Positions 30,443-40,355 of a DNA stretch of 58,592 nucleotides are shown in pieces. The DNA is from Nitrospinales bacterium. Its GTDB lineage: Bacteria > Nitrospinota > Nitrospinia > Nitrospinales > VA-1. The translations under genes and the position numbers were made by a program. The notes beneath the pieces are model-generated. The model was not told the origin of the DNA and did no database searches. It worked only from the letters and a program-made list of their open reading frames with translations. The DNA is taken from positions 1 to 58,592 of the forward strand of contig JAKUOQ010000004.1 of NCBI GenBank assembly GCA_022450865.1. The letters are read 5' to 3'. Numbering within the stretch: the first letter of the stretch is position 1; each line of letters begins with the position of its first letter.

Positions 30443-30615
30443 CCAGCGTAATGCTGAACTTAATGAACTGATAAGTATAAACAGTTAAATACTGTTTGGC
30501 TTTTAATTTAGTTCGTTAAACAGTTAATTAGAAAAAATACTATCCATTAAGAATCTTAAAAATAGTTAGCTCATTAATTCTCTGATTAGTTTCCTGCAGC
30601 TTAGCGACGCATAAT

Positions 30616-31605
30616 ATGAAAATAATTGAAATCGTAACGCCTATTGAAAACTTTTTTGCTGTGGAAAGTATTATTACCCGGCACCAGTCTGAAATTCTTT
30701 GGGTGAATATTGATGAGGATAAGAAGAAAAAAAGGGTCCGTGCATTGGTCAGCGATGACCAGCGACAATCTGTGCTGGATGCTTTGCAGGGATTATTTCG
30801 CGGCGATGACCATTCAAAAATCCTTGTTATGGCGGTAGAGGCCTCGCTGCCAAGAAAGGAAGTGGCCTCGAAGATAAAAGATTCTTCAGATAAGTCCAGT
30901 ACCACTCGCGAAGAACTTTATAACGAAATAGAAAAAAATACTCGACTCGACTCTACTTATTTGTTGCTAGTTTTTTTATCGACCGTTGTTGTTTCAATTG
31001 GCTTGTTGGAAAATAATGTTGCGGTGGTCATCGGTGCGATGGTTATCGCTCCTCTTTTAGGGCCAAATATTGCCTTGGCTTTGGGTGCGGCATTGGGTGA
31101 TATGCCGCTCATGTGGAAGGCTTTTAAAACAATGGTGACGGGAATTGGATTGGCATTATTTCTTTCTATATGTGTTGGATTTTACCATCCCATGAATTTA
31201 GATAGTCCGGAACTTATGGCACGAACAGATGTGGGATTGGATTCGATTGCTTTGGCATTGGCTTCTGGTGCAGCTGCAGTGCTTTCTTTGACAACGGGAC
31301 TTTCCAGTGTGCTGGTAGGGGTGATGGTAGCGGTTGCGTTATTACCTCCCACTGCTACTCTTGGAATCATGCTGGGTGCGGGACATGTTCAGCTTGCAAT
31401 TGGTGCAGCCATATTGCTTGCGGTAAATATTGTTTGCGTGAATCTGGCGGCAAAAATGGTGTTTCTGTTAAGAGGCATTAAACCTCGGAGCTGGTTAGAA
31501 AAACAAAAAGCCACACAATCGATGACGACTTATTTAGTAATATGGATGTTTTCTCTAACCATACTTTTGGTTGTTATTTTATTCCGCCATGGGTATTTTC
31601 TCTGA
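30616..31605 (+). CDS. TIGR00341/DUF389-type membrane protein
   Basis: VVIGAMVIAPLLGP, GVMVAVALLPP. Confidence 0.88.
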   Translation: MKIIEIVTPIENFFAVESIITRHQSEILWVNIDEDKKKKRVRALVSDDQRQSVLDALQGLFRGDDHSKILVMAVEASLPRKEVASKIKDSSDKSSTTREELYNEIEKNTRLDSTYLLLVFLSTVVVSIGLLENNVAVVIGAMVIAPLLGPNIALALGAALGDMPLMWKAFKTMVTGIGLALFLSICVGFYHPMNLDSPELMARTDVGLDSIALALASGAAAVLSLTTGLSSVLVGVMVAVALLPPTATLGIMLGAGHVQLAIGAAILLAVNIVCVNLAAKMVFLLRGIKPRSWLEKQKATQSMTTYLVIWMFSLTILLVVILFRHGYFL

Positions 31606-31660
31606 CTATACTTTTGTTTGTGCGAAATCATAACTACCATTTAAGTTATTAGCTAATGAT

Positions 31661-32710
31661 TCAGTCGGTACGATTAGGCTTTTCAAGAGATATAGGTTCT
31701 ATTCCGATTGGCTTGTCAGTAATTTGCAAAACATCCTTATCCAATTTATTCAATTCCTTATGAGCCGTATTGTAATGGTTTACCGTTGTGCTGAGAGAGT
31801 TACCAAGTTTTCCCATATATTGATCATAATTCCCTAAATGTTTCCCGAGTTCTTCTACTCTTGCTATGATTTCTTTAGCCGAAGCCTCTATTTTTAATGC
31901 CCGAAATCCCTGGATTACAGTTTGTAGATAGGCCATGAATGAGGTTGGTGAGACAATAATTACTTTCTTCTCAAAGGCATATTCAACCAGATCACGTGAG
32001 GAGGCTTTCACAGACCCGATAGAATTAGATAACAAGTCATAGAAAATGGTTTCGGACGGGATAAACATGAATGCAAAATCGAGAGTATTTTCATTCGGGC
32101 GGATGTACTTAGATGTTTCTAGTATTCGTCCTTTTACGTCTTGGATGAATGCCCTTGCCAATCTATCTTGTTCGGCTTTTGTTTTTTCTTCTATCAGTCG
32201 GTTATAGTTTTCCATGGGAAACTTTGAATCAATCGGAAGAATGGTTTGTCCATCGACTTTTCCAAAAAATATCACAGCGTCTGCTGTATCTCCGTCATTG
32301 AATTTGTACTGCAAGGAATAGTGCTCTGGAGGTAAAACATTTTTTAAGACCGTTTCCAGAAAAAACTCCCCAAGTACGCCGCGTTGTTTTGGATTCATCA
32401 GGATATTCTGGATGGTTTTGAGTTGATTAGTTACATCGATGACTTGTTTATTGGTCTCATTGACTTTTGTAAGTTGCTGAGTGATATCCTTGATGAGCTT
32501 GTTGGATTCACCGATTTGACTTCTCATCGATTCATTCGATTCGCCGAGTTTTTTATCCAAGGTTTCAACCACTTTACTCAACTGTTCCTGGATCAAGAGA
32601 ATGCTCTGGTCCTCTATTTTCGAATTATTTTTCCTAAGTAGTATCCATATCAAAATAACTGCGGCAACGACCAATCCTATCAATACTTCAACCACTGAGC
32701 TGTCCTCCAA
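31661..32710 (-). CDS. rmuC: DNA recombination protein RmuC
   Basis: N-terminal TM, coiled coil, RGVLGE, IDSKFP, FMFIPSE, SPTS. Confidence 0.92.
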   Translation of the reverse strand: MEDSSVVEVLIGLVVAAVILIWILLRKNNSKIEDQSILLIQEQLSKVVETLDKKLGESNESMRSQIGESNKLIKDITQQLTKVNETNKQVIDVTNQLKTIQNILMNPKQRGVLGEFFLETVLKNVLPPEHYSLQYKFNDGDTADAVIFFGKVDGQTILPIDSKFPMENYNRLIEEKTKAEQDRLARAFIQDVKGRILETSKYIRPNENTLDFAFMFIPSETIFYDLLSNSIGSVKASSRDLVEYAFEKKVIIVSPTSFMAYLQTVIQGFRALKIEASAKEIIARVEELGKHLGNYDQYMGKLGNSLSTTVNHYNTAHKELNKLDKDVLQITDKPIGIEPISLEKPNRTD

Positions 32711-32959
32711 TGATTCCTGATTTGATGTTTTCTAACCAGCGCATTGTTGTGGATCCTAACGAGTTTGAAAATTCGTTACTTAATTTAATTAACGAGGTAT
32801 TGAAAAAATATTGTTTTGATAGAAGCAAAGAACAAATGGATAAAGCCAAACTCTGTCATTTTTTAATATAACTTGTTGTTCTAAAATAGAATATTGGAAT
32901 TTGGTTGTTGTCTCAAGGATTTTCTTGCTTCCTTTGGATGGCTCCTCCATAATTTCTGG

Positions 32960-34186
32960 ATGGAATACCGTCGCTTTGGTAAGACCAACGAAAAAATCTC
33001 TGTAATTACCCTTGGTGGCATGCGTTTCAAGCATGGTTGGAATCCGCCACGAAATCATCTTCCTGCCGAATCAATTAAAAATTGTATCGAAATCACAAAG
33101 AAGGCGTTCGATGTCGGCATCAATCATATAGAAACAGCCTATGGGTATATGAAGAGTGAAAACCTTTATGGAATTTCCCTAAAAGAATTAGGAGTGCCGC
33201 GCGACCAATTCAAAATGATGACAAAAGGCGCACCGATGACAGGAGATGAAACTCGGGCCTTGGTAGAGGAGCAATTAACCAGCTTGAAACTGGATTTCAT
33301 CGATTTTTATGGCTGGCATGGAATTAATAATGAAGAAAGATTGCTAGCCGCTATTAAGCCCGGGGGACCCGTAGAGGTTTTGCATCGAATGAAGGAAGAA
33401 GGCCTGGTGCGTCACATTGGGTTTTCCACACACGCTCCGCTGGATATAATTTTGCGAGCCCTAAATACTGATTTATTCAGTTTCGTAAATCTCCATTACT
33501 ATTATTTTTTTCAGCGCAATCTTGCGGCCGTTCAACTAGCTGGGAAAAAGGATATTGGTGTTTTCATTATTTCCCCAAATGAAAAGGGAGGAATGCTTTG
33601 GAAGCCTTCAGTCATTGTTAGGGAAGACTGCGCACCCATGACAGCAATTCAGTTCAATGGCCGGTTCTGTCTTGAGCATCCTGAAATCACCACTCTAAGT
33701 ATGGGAATCCATGAACTGGAGCATTTTCCGCAGAATCTTTCAATTTTAAGTGAAGAGAAAATTTATACTGATAAAGAGCAAAAAATTCGTGGGCAGATGG
33801 ACGGTCGATTAAATGAAGTGGCAGAACTTTGTACTATTTGCAATGAATGCTTACCTTGCCCTGAGGAAATAAACATTCCTGAAGTGTTACGTTTTAGAAA
33901 CTTGTTGCAAGCGTATGATATGGAAGACTATGGAAAGTTTCGTTACAACATGTTTGAGGGAGAGGGCCATTGGTTTCCGGGAAACTTTGCATCAAAGTGC
34001 ACCGAGTGTGGAGATTGCCTTCCCCGATGCCCGGAAAAACTGGAAATCCCTAAACTTTTATTTGATACCCACAATAGATTATTTGACAGGGGGGCTTGGA
34101 TAAAAAGCAAGCTGCTTTACCTGATGTTAAATATTTATAGCTTCATAAAAAAATTTGTTACGGGGATGGGGGGGGGAATAAGATAA
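32960..34186 (+). CDS. Aldo/keto reductase with C-terminal 4Fe-4S dicluster
   Basis: MEYRRFG start, GINHIETA..Y, HIGFSTH, CTICNECLPCP, CTECGDCLPRCP. Confidence 0.9.
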   Translation: MEYRRFGKTNEKISVITLGGMRFKHGWNPPRNHLPAESIKNCIEITKKAFDVGINHIETAYGYMKSENLYGISLKELGVPRDQFKMMTKGAPMTGDETRALVEEQLTSLKLDFIDFYGWHGINNEERLLAAIKPGGPVEVLHRMKEEGLVRHIGFSTHAPLDIILRALNTDLFSFVNLHYYYFFQRNLAAVQLAGKKDIGVFIISPNEKGGMLWKPSVIVREDCAPMTAIQFNGRFCLEHPEITTLSMGIHELEHFPQNLSILSEEKIYTDKEQKIRGQMDGRLNEVAELCTICNECLPCPEEINIPEVLRFRNLLQAYDMEDYGKFRYNMFEGEGHWFPGNFASKCTECGDCLPRCPEKLEIPKLLFDTHNRLFDRGAWIKSKLLYLMLNIYSFIKKFVTGMGGGIR

Positions 34187-34292
34187 GAAATTTAATATGA
34201 GTTTTTAAGGGAGTCATAAAAAAATATAATATTATATTTACTGACCTTAAAAATTTATTGCCCTTGGATATTGTTGTAATTATCGCCACATT

Positions 34293-37200
34293 TTAGGCGC
34301 TGGGAGCTTTTTGGCAGGTTTCCTTCAATTCCCAGGCATTTCGATAGGAGTCGTCTTTTTTAATAACCTTTTCAAGAAGAGGGAGCGCCTTGGTGCATTT
34401 ATTTAGAAGGGTGAAAATTTCTGCCATCATAAATTGCAAATGAATTTCATCGGGATCGATTAGGTTATAACGGCCTCCATACATAAGAACTTCTTTTGCT
34501 TCTCCAAGCCCACGATAGCTTTTTACAATACTCTGCAATACCTTTAGATTCATTTGGTCTTCTTGCAGCAAGGGGAGGGAATATTCTAAAGATTTCAAGT
34601 ATTCCTTTTTTAAATTGTAGAACTCTGCAAGAGATCTTAGTAGAACTGGGTCTTGCGGATTTTTTTCTACTTCTTTTAATAGACTGACTAGCCCGATCTC
34701 TCTCATAACGGTACTAATTTGCTGAGGATCATATTTAGCGGTGTTTTGAAAGAAGATAAGAGCCTCTTCTTTTTTTCCTGACTCCAGCAGATTGTATCCC
34801 ATATAAAGGCTGGCGAAACTCAGATTAGGATTTTTTTCTAAAACCAATCGCAGAATTCTCATGCTTTGTTCATAGTTACCGATCTGGTAAAAACTGTGAG
34901 CTAAATTGAGCATGTACTTTAGATTGTCGGGTTCTTCTTCAATGAGTTGGGCCAAACGTTGCATTTGTTTTCGGTCAGCCTGCAGGTGGTATCGGAATAG
35001 GTCGTCATCCTCAACCAGAGTCATGGCTTTTAAAAGCTGGCCGCGGTTGCTATACATAACCCCGCGCTGGTAGAGGTCCATTGCATCATAATGGATTTTT
35101 AATTTTTGCCTATTTTCTTTTGATAGGTTCGTTATTTGCTTTGCGACATCATCAAACCTCGCGCGGTTGAATACATACCTTTCTTGCCCGGGTACCCCAA
35201 TCACGTTTCCCAGTTCTAAATAAAATTCAATGGCCGGGTGATTGTCAGTAATAAGAGGATAACCTTCCCCAAGTTTGACGACCTGTTCGTTGAGTAGCCA
35301 TATGTTGCTCAGAAAAGAAAAGATGTCTGGAATTTCAATATCCTTCAACGCTTTTTTAATTTCTGGTTCTTGCAGACGTTCGTTTAGTTTATTGAAATCA
35401 ATCTTAATGGGTTGATCAGAACCGATAATGAGAATTTCGTTAGCGACAGAAAGCCATCCCATGGTATAGGGGAAAACAGATTGAAAAGTTTTGAAGTGCA
35501 TGGCAACTTCTTCTTCTCCCTGGCTGTGCAGGGGGATCCATTGCGCTGAGATACCGCCAGGTTTAAGTTTCCTTTTCTGTAATTCATAATATTCCTTGGT
35601 ATACAGGTTGACCGTAAAGGCAGTGCGCGGGGGCGGAGGTTCTGAGGTAATGACGTCATAAAATTTATGGGTCGTTAACAAATGATTTCGACCATCCTGA
35701 ATCACAAAATTCACTTTAGGGTTGGACAGAACATCATGGTTTTGATCCGCAAACATTTTTCCTGCGTTAATAACACTGGAGGATAGTTCCAGGCTATCGA
35801 CGGTTTTTACTCGAGGGTGAATTCCTGCTGCACCTGTGGTCTGACCTGTTCCAAAACAGACTACTAGAACATCATCGGGTTTATCCACAAGAAGAATCGG
35901 AACATGCGCAAAAAGTTTCATATAACGAGTAGCGATCATGTTTGACGCCGACATGGAAATGCCATTGGTAATCAACCTTTTCGCAGATGGATCGAGCAAT
36001 CCGTATTCGTCTTTGAATACAGCAACGGTATCGGACAAGCCTTCTTCAAAATAAATCAGTTTGTTTATATTTCGTTTCCCGGCACTATCGCGCATGAAGA
36101 AAGAATTGAATAAATCATTTGGAATAGACATATTTATAAAAAGAATCAGAGCAACAAATACTATCGTCATGGCTTTTCTAATTGTGAGCGTCAAATAATC
36201 ACTGGTGCGAAACAAAAGAACCATGATAAATAAATTGATCGTTGCGAGTAGGGCAAGGCTGGCCTGGCTGCCAAAGTTAGGCAGGAAAAGAAAACCAGAA
36301 AAAAGAGAACCAAAAATAGCACCCATTGTATTCGCGGCATAAATCTGGCCGGTTGCCTGTCCGATATTTTCATGTTTGTTTGCTATTAGTTGAATAAGCA
36401 AAGGAAAACACATTCCGAGAAGTAAAGTGGGAACCAACATAAGAGCTGCTGAATCTCTAAAGTAGTTCCAGAAGGCCATAGCAGGATTGCCCAGGTTGTA
36501 TGCGTTCCAAGGGGGAGAAAGAATAGACTCTATTCCATAAATGGAGCCAATAACATAAATTCCGATTCCTCCTTGTAAAACCATAAGAATAGTGTGTGAG
36601 TTTTTAATTTTTGATGAAAATGGAATAAGTAAAAGGCTTCCCAGAAAAATACCCAATAAAAAGACAGTGAGCATCATACTGAATGAGTAAACCGTGCTGG
36701 CGATGCTGAATACCAAAAGGCGTGTCCATAAAACTTCATAAGCAAGAGCGGTGAAACCGCAAATGAAACTGATTCCCATCCAGAATTTTTGTTCGGGACT
36801 CCAACCCATCTTTGGAAGTCTGATTTTAGGAAGGCTAAATTTAACAATGCCCCCGTTTTCTTTATAAATACTCAGGGCACTAATGCCAATAATGAGGTTG
36901 CCAGTAGCGGCCATCAAAACTGTTTGTAATACTCCGAAAGCCCCCATCAAGAAAAATCCCGTAATCAAACAACCGAACGCGGCTCCCAGGGTGTTCAGCG
37001 CGTAAAGCAGGCTTACTTGTTTTCTTATGCGCTTGTCGTCAGTAACGCAATATTTGCTGATGAGAGGAAGGGTTGCGCCCATAAATGTTGTGGGTATTAA
37101 CATCAATGTGAAGGAAAAAACCACTCTCAAAAAATTTTGTAGAGCTGGAGATTCTGGAAGGAAGCTGTGGAACAAGGAGTAAACTTCAGCAAAATTAGCA

Positions 37201-37493
37201 AAAATAAGAGAAAGAAGGCCACCGCTTACAAATATCAATATTTCAATCCACCCGTACACCAAAAGCGCAGTCGAAGAAGAGTCTGTGCTATTTGCGGATA
37301 ATTTATCTATTGCATGGCCAAAGAGATAGCTGCCAAATCCCAGACCCGCCATAAATGCGGCAAGTACTACAGAGACTGAAAAAACGGTGTGCCCAAAAAC
37401 AAGGGTGAGCATTCGAGTCCATACGATTTCATAAGTCAGAGCTGTAATGCCTGATAAGAAGAATAAAAAATAGACTATGGGAGAACGTTGCAT
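34293..37493 (-). CDS. Fused multi-TM / spermidine-synthase-like / TPR protein
   Basis: Duplicated YEIVWTR/YEVLWTR and YALNT/YAANT TM halves; DGRNHL, YDVITSEPP, QWIPL, TDNHP; TPR tail. Confidence 0.85.
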   Translation of the reverse strand: MQRSPIVYFLFFLSGITALTYEIVWTRMLTLVFGHTVFSVSVVLAAFMAGLGFGSYLFGHAIDKLSANSTDSSSTALLVYGWIEILIFVSGGLLSLIFANFAEVYSLFHSFLPESPALQNFLRVVFSFTLMLIPTTFMGATLPLISKYCVTDDKRIRKQVSLLYALNTLGAAFGCLITGFFLMGAFGVLQTVLMAATGNLIIGISALSIYKENGGIVKFSLPKIRLPKMGWSPEQKFWMGISFICGFTALAYEVLWTRLLVFSIASTVYSFSMMLTVFLLGIFLGSLLLIPFSSKIKNSHTILMVLQGGIGIYVIGSIYGIESILSPPWNAYNLGNPAMAFWNYFRDSAALMLVPTLLLGMCFPLLIQLIANKHENIGQATGQIYAANTMGAIFGSLFSGFLFLPNFGSQASLALLATINLFIMVLLFRTSDYLTLTIRKAMTIVFVALILFINMSIPNDLFNSFFMRDSAGKRNINKLIYFEEGLSDTVAVFKDEYGLLDPSAKRLITNGISMSASNMIATRYMKLFAHVPILLVDKPDDVLVVCFGTGQTTGAAGIHPRVKTVDSLELSSSVINAGKMFADQNHDVLSNPKVNFVIQDGRNHLLTTHKFYDVITSEPPPPRTAFTVNLYTKEYYELQKRKLKPGGISAQWIPLHSQGEEEVAMHFKTFQSVFPYTMGWLSVANEILIIGSDQPIKIDFNKLNERLQEPEIKKALKDIEIPDIFSFLSNIWLLNEQVVKLGEGYPLITDNHPAIEFYLELGNVIGVPGQERYVFNRARFDDVAKQITNLSKENRQKLKIHYDAMDLYQRGVMYSNRGQLLKAMTLVEDDDLFRYHLQADRKQMQRLAQLIEEEPDNLKYMLNLAHSFYQIGNYEQSMRILRLVLEKNPNLSFASLYMGYNLLESGKKEEALIFFQNTAKYDPQQISTVMREIGLVSLLKEVEKNPQDPVLLRSLAEFYNLKKEYLKSLEYSLPLLQEDQMNLKVLQSIVKSYRGLGEAKEVLMYGGRYNLIDPDEIHLQFMMAEIFTLLNKCTKALPLLEKVIKKDDSYRNAWELKETCQKAPSA

Positions 37494-37614
37494 GTTTAAA
37501 TATAATTCAGTTTTAATATGATATGAATATTACGTGAAAAATTACCCATAAGCTTGATTCTTTTAAAAAATACACCTTTATTTTAGTGATATATCTGGCA
37601 AACCTTTAAATTAA

Positions 37615-37643
37615 TTGACAACGGCCCAAGCTTCAAGTAATTT
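37615..37643 (+). promoter_or_regulatory. Candidate sigma70 promoter
   Basis: TTGACA-17 nt-TAATTT upstream of 37690. Confidence 0.5.
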
Positions 37644-37689
37644 TTATAAATACCTGTGTTTTTGACAATAATAAAAGAAGGTTCTTAAA

Positions 37690-38520
37690 GTGGGGACTCA
37701 AGAAATAAAGATTACGGATGCGGACCACCCTTACGCCAAAGAAAATGGGGTCGTTTGGGCTGAAGAAGCCTGGGAACGTGTGAAACATGCTCCCGAATTT
37801 GTTCGTCCAGGTATCCGGAAGCTTATGGTTCAGCGTTGTGTCAAACGGGGTTATAAAATAGTCACATCCGATTATCTTACAGAAATCCGTAACGAGTCCA
37901 TGATGTTGGTTTCCAAGCGGGTCAAGGGTTTTGGATTTGAAGAGTTAACGATGGATGCCTTCGATGTAGCTAAGGAAAAAATGCGGGAAAGTCCTCGTAA
38001 GGTTGAAGTGATTGAAGAGATCGAGGATTTTCTCTCAATGCGCACAGAGAAAAAAGACGATATTGTAGAAAAATTTAAGAATTATATGGAAGTAACTCCC
38101 ACCTCAGGTGTTCCCTGGAGCAAAGAAGCCAAGGAGAAGATGGAAAAGGTGCCTCCCTTTGTCCTTGGTATGGCCAAGCAAACCATAGAAGGTCGAGCTA
38201 GAGAAAGAGGCGACAAAATGATCACTCCCGATATAATTGATGAAGTATTTACCAACATCATGCCGTCCTCTGCAAAACAAGCCATGGGCATGGAAGTGAC
38301 AGAAGAAGACCTCAAACAAGATGAGCAAATCGAAAAACAAAAGGAAGAACCCGTTCAGCTATCCATGAAATGGGAAGATGATGCGCTGGATAAAGTATCT
38401 CGTATTCCTATTCCTTTTATCCGTAGCATGGCTGTGAAGCGGATTGAGCAAGAAGTGGTAAAGGCTGGCGAAGAAGTTGTTACGATGGATTTGTTTGAAA
38501 AATACCGGTTTACTTTTTAG
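37690..38520 (+). CDS. Protein with three PCP_red-like repeats
   Basis: Three W..EA......P.F.R-type units (WAEEA, WSKEA, WEDDA). Confidence 0.75.
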   Translation: MGTQEIKITDADHPYAKENGVVWAEEAWERVKHAPEFVRPGIRKLMVQRCVKRGYKIVTSDYLTEIRNESMMLVSKRVKGFGFEELTMDAFDVAKEKMRESPRKVEVIEEIEDFLSMRTEKKDDIVEKFKNYMEVTPTSGVPWSKEAKEKMEKVPPFVLGMAKQTIEGRARERGDKMITPDIIDEVFTNIMPSSAKQAMGMEVTEEDLKQDEQIEKQKEEPVQLSMKWEDDALDKVSRIPIPFIRSMAVKRIEQEVVKAGEEVVTMDLFEKYRFTF

Positions 38521-39131
38521 ACAGGTGTTTCCGTTTGATCTCCCTTTCCTGAGGCTAGCTTTTGAAGTTGACTCCAGAGTTCCTTTCTTCCCAGATGATT
38601 CTTACTAGAGTAGGTCACAGCTGCAAGGGCGTTTTCCCCCATAAATGCAGATTTAATTATTTTAGTTTGCTTGCTTCGCTCCACTCCCGATAATTTATCC
38701 GATTTGGTTATAACCAGAATATAATTTCGGTCAAGGTCTTCTAGCCATTCTTTTAAAGTTATATCGAGTTCTGTGGGTTTGCGCCGAATGTCGACAATGA
38801 ACACTATTGCCATCAAAGGTTCGCGGTTAATAAGATATTCCTCGATCATTTGTTTCCATTTTTTTTGAAGAGCCGGGGTGACTCGTGCAAACCCATAGCC
38901 AGGAAGGTCAGCAAACATCAATTTTTCATTAATTCTGAAAAAATTTATTTCTCTGGTTTTACCAGGTGTAGAGCTGATGCGAACAAGCTTTTTTCGATTT
39001 AAAAGAGATCGAATCAGTGAAGATTTTCCGACATTCGATCTGCCAACAAAGGCAAACTCAGGGAAAGCCTCTTTAGGATATTGTTTTGAGGAAACAGCGC
39101 CGGTCACAAACTCCGTGTTTATTACTTTCAT
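38517..39131 (-). CDS. engB: Ribosome biogenesis GTPase YihA/YsxC
   Basis: GRSNVGKSS, PGKT, DLPGYG, TKSD. Confidence 0.96.
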   Translation of the reverse strand: MKVINTEFVTGAVSSKQYPKEAFPEFAFVGRSNVGKSSLIRSLLNRKKLVRISSTPGKTREINFFRINEKLMFADLPGYGFARVTPALQKKWKQMIEEYLINREPLMAIVFIVDIRRKPTELDITLKEWLEDLDRNYILVITKSDKLSGVERSKQTKIIKSAFMGENALAAVTYSSKNHLGRKELWSQLQKLASGKGDQTETPV

Positions 39132-39230
39132 GGACGTATTTTAGTCAAACTACTATTTCTCAAACTTACAAATCTTAGGGTTCATTTACAAAATATTATA
39201 ACAAAAATTAAAATAGTTTTTAAAAACTAC

Positions 39231-39698
39231 TTATAGAGCTTCGCACTGGCATAACTCGCGAATATAACGGACAAGTTCATGGATGGTAGAATCGTTCAGA
39301 GTGTTTCCCCATGCTGGCATACAGGGTGCTCGCCCAACAGATAATCCGCCAAACTTAATGGCTTCAAAAAATTGCTCATCGGTTCGGGTCTCTAAGTATT
39401 CTGCCTTGGTATGATTTCTAGGCGGCACGGTTAAGAATTTTGCATTGATACCATCTCCCTTACCTTTGATTCCATGACATTGGGCGCAATACCATTGATA
39501 GGTTTCACGAGTTTTTGCAGTTACAACAATGGGTTCGGGAGTTACCTCATTACTCAGTTCAAAGGTTTGTGACTCTGTTTTGAGTGGAGGTTTTGGTGTT
39601 ATATTTTTTTCGGTCTTTTGTTCACCACATCCTGATACCCCTATTACGAGCATTAGGATCCCATAATTAAAAATAGATTTTAGTGAAGATTTGATCAT
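39231..39698 (-). CDS. Monoheme cytochrome c lipoprotein
   Basis: VSG-C lipobox, CAQCH, distal Met in CMPAW, C-terminal CQC. Confidence 0.88.
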   Translation of the reverse strand: MIKSSLKSIFNYGILMLVIGVSGCGEQKTEKNITPKPPLKTESQTFELSNEVTPEPIVVTAKTRETYQWYCAQCHGIKGKGDGINAKFLTVPPRNHTKAEYLETRTDEQFFEAIKFGGLSVGRAPCMPAWGNTLNDSTIHELVRYIRELCQCEAL

Positions 39699-39701
39699 AG
39701 C

Positions 39702-40355
39702 TTATCTTAAGTTTTCTTTTTTTAGTGTCATGATGAATTTTGTAAATCGTAAGCGGGTTTCATTATCCATTTTATAAACTGGCATACGACTTTTATTAGA
39801 AAATATTTTTGGGTTTTTAAGCCAGTTTGCCACCCAACTCTCCTTCAACCGATTTCCCGCATTAACCAATGAGGGACCAGAAATTCCACCGCGGGGTTTA
39901 CCGGCTAGATTTAAACTTTGATGGCAGGAAATACAACTGAACGTACGTTCGAATTCGTATTTGGTTTTAGCTATTTGGCCTTTAGTTAAAGGATTAATTT
40001 GTTCTTCAGATAAACCCGGTAGAGTCATTGCCATCAATTCCTGAGTAATATTAACCGCATCGTTTTTATTAAGAATAGGATGTTGTTGTAGGTTTTGTAG
40101 TCCCCCTTTTAGAAAATTTGGACTATTGATAGTCCCAGTCTTTCGGAGGGTCACAGGATTTTGAAGATATTCCTCTAACCAGGCACTTTGAAACTTATTT
40201 CCTGCATAGAACAGATCCGGTCCTTTTTTCTCCTTCCCCACTTTAGATAGTCGATGGCAGGCAGAACAATTTTTTTCTTCGATCAAGGAACCGTACGAAA
40301 ATTGCGGACTATAAAGAACCCATCCGCTAATTAGAAGATAAAAGATTTTTTTCAT
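39702..40355 (-). CDS. Diheme cytochrome c
   Basis: Signal peptide; CSACH..GPDL and CISCH..GPSL..MP domains. Confidence 0.88.
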   Translation of the reverse strand: MKKIFYLLISGWVLYSPQFSYGSLIEEKNCSACHRLSKVGKEKKGPDLFYAGNKFQSAWLEEYLQNPVTLRKTGTINSPNFLKGGLQNLQQHPILNKNDAVNITQELMAMTLPGLSEEQINPLTKGQIAKTKYEFERTFSCISCHQSLNLAGKPRGGISGPSLVNAGNRLKESWVANWLKNPKIFSNKSRMPVYKMDNETRLRFTKFIMTLKKENLR

